DNA of 62,409 nucleotides from a virus (Duplodnaviria > Caudoviricetes): IMG/VR virus record IMGVR_UViG_3300001533_000597, positions 1 to 62,409 of that record, one strand, 5' to 3'. The position numbers and the translations under genes are program-made. Positions 57,535 through 62,409 of this stretch are shown here, piece by piece (position 1 is the stretch's first letter; every line of letters begins with the position of its first letter). The notes beneath the pieces are model-generated. The model searched no databases. It was not told where the DNA came from and saw only the letters and a list, made by a program, of their open reading frames with translations.

Positions 57535-58642
57535 TCTATCTTTAGAATTGGCAACCCACCTTGATGATATTATCGCGTTCTTTAAATTAAAACTTAAGAA
57601 ACATCGTAAGATGTATGTGGGTAAGTGTCCTATACACTCTAATTCAGATAATGAAACCGCTTTTAACCTATATCATACCGGACATAGCTATATTGGTAAT
57701 TGGGTATGCCGCACCCACGGATGCCACGAAGAATTTTATGGTACACCTATAGGTCTAATAAGAGGATTATTATCAAAACAGCAAGGCTGGCAACATAGGG
57801 GTAATAAAACGGTTGGATTTGATTATACAATCCAATGGGTATTACAATTTTTAAATAAAGAATTTGAGGAATTGTCGCTTGATTTTGAGGTTGGTGATAC
57901 CGAGGCGTTTATTACTTCAGTCCAAGCTTATAATACTAATTTTGCAAGAGAAAGTAATATTACACGGGAAATGGTGCGGCGGGAATTGGATATACCGGCC
58001 GAGTATTACATTAACCGGGGATATTCTATACCGATTCTAGATAGATATGATGTGGGTACTTGTGTTAAGCGTGGTAAAGAAATGACGGGTCGGGCAGTTT
58101 TCCCCATCTATAATGATGAAAATAGATATATTGGATGTACCGGCCGCTCGTTGTATGAGAAATGTATTTTGTGTGGGGCCTATCATAGTCCCAATTCTAA
58201 GTGTCCAGATAAAGACATAAGATATATTTATTCAAAATGGAGGAATTCCAAAGACCTAGAGGCGGATAGAATCCTTTTTAACCTTCCTTCTGCAAGACCA
58301 GCTATTAATACAAACGGCATAGTTATATTAACGGAGGGCCCAGGAGACGTATTGAGACTAGAAGATGCAAACATTCACATTAGTCTTTCAACCTTGGGGG
58401 CTAAACTCAGCCCGAATCAAAAGAGAATTATAGATAAACTAAAGATATTTACCATTCTATGTCTGTACGATTCGGATTCTGCTGGTATATCTAATGTAGA
58501 CGAAATTATGCGACTCTGCCAAAATCAATACCGCGTAATTCCACTATATCTACCAGACGGTAAGGATGTCGGGGATATGGCCCCGCGATATTTACGAGAA
58601 CTCATTAACCCCTTGATAGACAAATATAAGGAAGCAATATAG
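57506..58642 (+). CDS. dnaG: DnaG-like primase
   Basis: CPIH...C..HGC Zn domain, RAVFPI, GCTGR, TOPRIM TEGPGD and YDSDSAG, KDVGD. Confidence 0.85.
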   Translation: MKLSKKQIHNLSLELATHLDDIIAFFKLKLKKHRKMYVGKCPIHSNSDNETAFNLYHTGHSYIGNWVCRTHGCHEEFYGTPIGLIRGLLSKQQGWQHRGNKTVGFDYTIQWVLQFLNKEFEELSLDFEVGDTEAFITSVQAYNTNFARESNITREMVRRELDIPAEYYINRGYSIPILDRYDVGTCVKRGKEMTGRAVFPIYNDENRYIGCTGRSLYEKCILCGAYHSPNSKCPDKDIRYIYSKWRNSKDLEADRILFNLPSARPAINTNGIVILTEGPGDVLRLEDANIHISLSTLGAKLSPNQKRIIDKLKIFTILCLYDSDSAGISNVDEIMRLCQNQYRVIPLYLPDGKDVGDMAPRYLRELINPLIDKYKEAI

Positions 58643-58747
58643 TGAAAAAAGATGAGAAGATTAAGCTATTGAGGCAAAAAGTGTATGAACAACAATCATA
58701 TATTGAACAGCTAAAACGCAAAATTAGAATACTGGAGAGACGATTAG

Positions 58748-59602
58748 ATGACTAAGATATTAGGCATTGCCGGTAAGAAAAGCTCCGGTAAAAATACCTC
58801 TATTAATTTCTTAGTGGGTTTACATATGGCGGCCCTTGGTGTTATAAGAGGTAAGTTTTCATTAAATCAAAAGGGCCAACTTTGGATATCAGACCTTTTA
58901 GGTGATAAGCGTTTTGAGGGCGTATTTGATATTCAGCGTCGTAATGAAAGTATGGATAGGTTCAAACAAGACTTTTTAAACCCATATTTACAGGTACATT
59001 CTTTTGCTGACCCATTAAAAGCAATATGTATAGATGTTTTGGGGCTAAACACTGAGATGTGTTATGGTACTAATGATGATAAGGATAGTACGACACATCT
59101 AAGATGGGAAAATATGCCAGGCATTATAGATACATCAGTTGAGTTGATATTACGCAATTGTTTGGATAAAGAAATACATGGGACAAACAGTATACTTAAT
59201 CGTGTTGGACGTGCCCATCAGCCTGGACCTATGACAGTACGTGAGGTGATGCAATATATTGGCGAATTTTTCCGTAAGATGGATGAAAATGTTTGGGTAA
59301 ATGCAGCCATGCGGAGAATAGAAAAAGAAGAAACGAACTTAGTTCTCATTAGTGATGTTCGTTATCCCAACGAAGTACAGATGATTCAACAAGCCGGTGG
59401 TAAAGTATTAAAATTAACCCGTGCCCCTTACAAAGATACGCACTCATCTGAAACTGCATTAGACCCTCAAAACTTTAATCAAGATAAGTTTGACTTTATC
59501 CTAGATAATAAGGATATGTCTATCCCAGAACAGGAAGAATCCTTATATACACTATTACACGATATTAAATGGATACCAGAAATATTACCAAGGGAACAAT
59601 AA
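58748..59602 (+). CDS. Deoxynucleoside monophosphate kinase
   Basis: GKKSSGKN, SFADPLK, REVMQ, SDVRYPNE, HSSE. Confidence 0.88.
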   Translation: MTKILGIAGKKSSGKNTSINFLVGLHMAALGVIRGKFSLNQKGQLWISDLLGDKRFEGVFDIQRRNESMDRFKQDFLNPYLQVHSFADPLKAICIDVLGLNTEMCYGTNDDKDSTTHLRWENMPGIIDTSVELILRNCLDKEIHGTNSILNRVGRAHQPGPMTVREVMQYIGEFFRKMDENVWVNAAMRRIEKEETNLVLISDVRYPNEVQMIQQAGGKVLKLTRAPYKDTHSSETALDPQNFNQDKFDFILDNKDMSIPEQEESLYTLLHDIKWIPEILPREQ

Positions 59603-60234
59603 TGAAATTAGTTAAGCCATCATTTCATATACTCACAGACATAAACGGTATTCAAATATTAAAGAATATTGAGAGAATAGGTCGTGTTTGCTATAAAAGT
59701 GAAGATAAAATTACTGATGATTCCGCTCAAGAATTTGTACGCCGCATTATTAAACGAGGACATGAAAGTGTTATCGAACATGAAAATGTTAGCGTACATT
59801 TTACTATAGACCGTGGGGTGTCGCATGAGTTAGTTCGCCATAGATTAGCTGCCTATGCTCAAGAGTCAACAAGATATTGTGATTATAAGGGATATGTTGA
59901 ATTTATTATACCCCTATGGTGTACAAATATTGCTAAGGGTATATTAAATATATCCGATTTACCCCAAGATGAGGGACTGTGGCTTTATACTATGCAGCAA
60001 TTAGAACACAGCTACGAACAATTGCGTAATTTAGGTTGGAGCCCACAACAAGCACGTTCTGTATTACCAAATAGCTTGAAAACAGAAATTGTAGTGACTT
60101 GTAATTTAAGAGAATGGAGACATATATTTAAACTTAGAACTTCGCCCGCCGCACATCCACAAATGAGAGAAATAATGGAACCATTACTGTGGGATTTTCA
60201 AAATCAAATTCCCGTAATTTTTGAGGATATTTAG
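59602..60234 (+). CDS. thyX: FAD-dependent thymidylate synthase
   Basis: GHESVIEH, SHELVRHR...QESTRY, ARSVLP, NLREWRH, AHPQMR. Confidence 0.95.
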   Translation: MKLVKPSFHILTDINGIQILKNIERIGRVCYKSEDKITDDSAQEFVRRIIKRGHESVIEHENVSVHFTIDRGVSHELVRHRLAAYAQESTRYCDYKGYVEFIIPLWCTNIAKGILNISDLPQDEGLWLYTMQQLEHSYEQLRNLGWSPQQARSVLPNSLKTEIVVTCNLREWRHIFKLRTSPAAHPQMREIMEPLLWDFQNQIPVIFEDI

Positions 60235-60507
60235 ATGACATTTACAGGATTAAAACAGGTGTATGGACATATGAGTTTGTTTAATTTTTTCCTACTCTAT
60301 CATACACATGCCGATAATGTTTCTAAAGAAGCAGAGCTTATCATTTCACATGATGATTTTAAAATTGTGCTATATCCTTGTAATACTGGTTTTAGTGTGG
60401 TTCACTATGGTAAATATTCACGTTTGCCAGGAGAAACTCATTATATGTTTGAGGGGCGACATACAGTCAATGATGTGTTAGAAGAGTTGGGTTTATATAA
60501 TGTGTGA
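60235..60507 (+). CDS. Hypothetical protein
   Basis: ORF filling the gap. Confidence 0.45.
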   Translation: MTFTGLKQVYGHMSLFNFFLLYHTHADNVSKEAELIISHDDFKIVLYPCNTGFSVVHYGKYSRLPGETHYMFEGRHTVNDVLEELGLYNV

Positions 60508-61066
60508 TAGTGTAACAAATAAGCTGTTTCCAAATAAAAAGTATAAAATTATATATGCCGACCCTCCTTGGGATTATGGTAATACTAAAAATCACAATGG
60601 TCAATTTTGGGGAATGGCTGATAAACATTATGATGTAATGAAATTCTCGGATATCATTTCTCTTCCTGTTGCTCAAATTACAGATAATGATTGTTATCTG
60701 TTTTTATGGACTACATCGCCCTTTTTAGAAAAAAGTTTTCAAGTAATAAAATGTTGGGGTTTTAAATATGCTACTGTTGGATTTGTATGGATTAAGATGA
60801 AAAATGATATGAGTGAAGTTAGAAAAGACGGGTTGGGTAAATATACTATTTCTAATGCCGAATATTGTTTAATTGCAAGAAAGGGTAAATATAGGAGAGA
60901 ATCAAAATCAGTTCAACAAATTGTTCAAACTCCAAAAATGAAACATTCTAAAAAACCAAACGAAGTAAGAAAAAGAATCGTTGAATTAGTTGGAGATGTT
61001 CCTAGAATTGAGTTATTTGCAAGAGATAAATTTGAAGGATGGGATGTTTGGGGAAATGAAATATGA
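60500..61066 (+). CDS. MT-A70-family adenine methyltransferase
   Basis: IYADPPW, LFLWTT, WGFKY, HSKKP, IELFAR, GWDVWGNE. Confidence 0.92.
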   Translation: MCDSVTNKLFPNKKYKIIYADPPWDYGNTKNHNGQFWGMADKHYDVMKFSDIISLPVAQITDNDCYLFLWTTSPFLEKSFQVIKCWGFKYATVGFVWIKMKNDMSEVRKDGLGKYTISNAEYCLIARKGKYRRESKSVQQIVQTPKMKHSKKPNEVRKRIVELVGDVPRIELFARDKFEGWDVWGNEI

Positions 61067-61110
61067 ATAATATAGCTAAATTAGAAAATTTATTAGACAA
61101 ATAGAATAAA

Positions 61111-62160
61111 ATGATACCAATTACATACTTTAGAAGCTCGATGTTAAATACCTATGATTGGTGTCCAATGAAATTCTTTAGTGAATATATATTGGGCTTT
61201 AGTGGACCAAGTGGCCTTGCTGCCAACAAGGGAACTATATGCCATAAAGTATTTGAAACATTGGCTTGTATTAAAAAGGCACAACAAGACGGAGAAGAAT
61301 GCTATCACGATAAAGAAATAGGCTTAAACAATCTAAATATGGATATTGATGTTGATTGGTTGATAGAAAAAGTATATGCATACTATAGCACAGCCTGGAC
61401 ACATATAAAATGGACACATGATAGTTTTAAGGATTGTAGAAATTGGGTATGGCAAGCCTTAAATTTTAATGATGGAGTATATGACCCACGTAATTTAACC
61501 ATAGTCAACGCTGAACCAGCATTTGATATTGAATTGCAAAATGAATGGGCACATTATGAATATAATGTAGCAGGAGAAAGATTAGAAGGGCAGTTGAGAC
61601 TAAAAGGCACAATAGATTTGGTGCATGAGGTGTCTGATGGAGTTATTGAAATCGTGGATTGGAAAACGTCGGCACGGCGATTTAACTGGGCCACTGAGGA
61701 AGAAAAGACATATGAAAAACTACGGGAAGATATGCAATTAAGAATATACCATCTGGCCGCTCATTATTTATATCCACAATATTCAGATGTTTTAGTAACC
61801 ATATACTTTATACGGGCCGGTGGGCCATCTACGGTAAATTTAAGTCGTTTAGACATACCATATACATTGGATAAATTGCGGGAATATTTTGAAAAAATAA
61901 AGAATACGGATGTACCTGAAACTATTTTTAGCTGGAAATGTAATAAATTGTGCCATCAAAGACAATCGACTTTTGAAAATACAAATGTTTTGCCGATAGT
62001 GGAAAAACGTGATGGCAAGATTACACCCAGAGGGAAGGTGATGTCTAAATGCGAGGAACTACGTTATATATTTCAATATAGAGATATGGCAAATGTTATA
62101 GCCAATATGACTAAAGACGGATATAGTGCCTCAAAATACAAAAATCCTGGTTCTGTCTAA
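61111..62160 (+). CDS. PD-(D/E)XK Cas4/RecB-like exonuclease
   Basis: WCP, GTICH, E, GTIDL, IVDWKT, QLRIY, C-terminal Cys cluster. Confidence 0.82.
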   Translation: MIPITYFRSSMLNTYDWCPMKFFSEYILGFSGPSGLAANKGTICHKVFETLACIKKAQQDGEECYHDKEIGLNNLNMDIDVDWLIEKVYAYYSTAWTHIKWTHDSFKDCRNWVWQALNFNDGVYDPRNLTIVNAEPAFDIELQNEWAHYEYNVAGERLEGQLRLKGTIDLVHEVSDGVIEIVDWKTSARRFNWATEEEKTYEKLREDMQLRIYHLAAHYLYPQYSDVLVTIYFIRAGGPSTVNLSRLDIPYTLDKLREYFEKIKNTDVPETIFSWKCNKLCHQRQSTFENTNVLPIVEKRDGKITPRGKVMSKCEELRYIFQYRDMANVIANMTKDGYSASKYKNPGSV

Positions 62161-62272
62161 AATGGTGTATAGTATTATGGACAATCGCAATAATCCGAAA
62201 ATTTTAAAGGGGTTCTGGGTTTACGTGCGATTGTCTACCTGGGGCCCTTTTATTATTTAAAGGGTTCTAATT

Positions 62273-62409
62273 ATGTCAAACTGGACTAAAGAAGAAATTA
62301 AAATACTCAAACATTTAGCACCAAACCATACCGCAATAGAAATTAGTAATAAATTAGATAGAACACCCAAAGCCATTCATCATAAATGTAAAAATCTAAA
62401 AATTAATAT
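62273..62409 (+). CDS. HTH/Myb-like protein, truncated by the window end
   Basis: MSNWTKEEIKILK...IEISNKLDRTPKAI; GGTGTATAGT motif at 62164. Confidence 0.6.
   Translation, partial: MSNWTKEEIKILKHLAPNHTAIEISNKLDRTPKAIHHKCKNLKIN

Noticed and set aside
46050-60234. Hypermodified-base pathway (dZ, 7-deazaguanine, hmdU/hmdC)
   Set aside because: No PurZ, Que/DpdA or hydroxymethylase genes seen; dCMP deaminase, ThyX and dNMP kinase fit ordinary dTTP supply
1157-60676. Minus-strand ORFs in the six-frame track
   Set aside because: Nearly all lie antisense to well-supported + strand genes and show no motifs; treated as shadow ORFs
61111-62160. CRISPR-Cas adaptation module
   Set aside because: Stand-alone Cas4-like nuclease typical of phage replication blocks; no cas1/cas2 or array
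1-62409. Alternative genetic code
   Set aside because: TAA, TAG and TGA all end genes at sensible boundaries and conserved enzymes are uninterrupted under the standard code

Overview
AT-rich (roughly one-third G+C by eye) 62-kb segment of a large tailed dsDNA bacteriophage. Essentially all credible genes are on the + strand, densely packed, and use the standard code. The left half is accessory: an Rnl1-type RNA ligase plus phosphoesterase, RuvB, tRNA-Asn, a tmRNA, a membrane-anchored trypsin-like protease, a homing endonuclease and a large glycosyl/sulfo/pyruvyl/methyl-transferase island. The right half is the nucleotide-metabolism and replication core: purine PRTase, GuaC/IMPDH-like enzyme, DNA ligase, sigma factor, ClpP, dCMP deaminase, intein-containing class II RNR, RecA-like, DnaB, DnaG, dNMP kinase, ThyX, two DNA methyltransferases and a Cas4-like nuclease. 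Most notable is an ATP-dependent DNA ligase fractured into two genes by a naturally split intein inserted in the catalytic KLDG|CR motif, with the deleted remnant of a Vsr-like endonuclease still readable in the 98-bp gap. Also notable are a tmRNA with a 42-codon tag lacking the AA degron, a Zn-ribbon/RuvA-domain-III protein near an orphan RuvB, two candidate structured leader RNAs, a recurring GGTGTATAAT promoter-like motif, and apparent GATC depletion with GGCC enrichment. All calls come from motif reading only; no database search was run.
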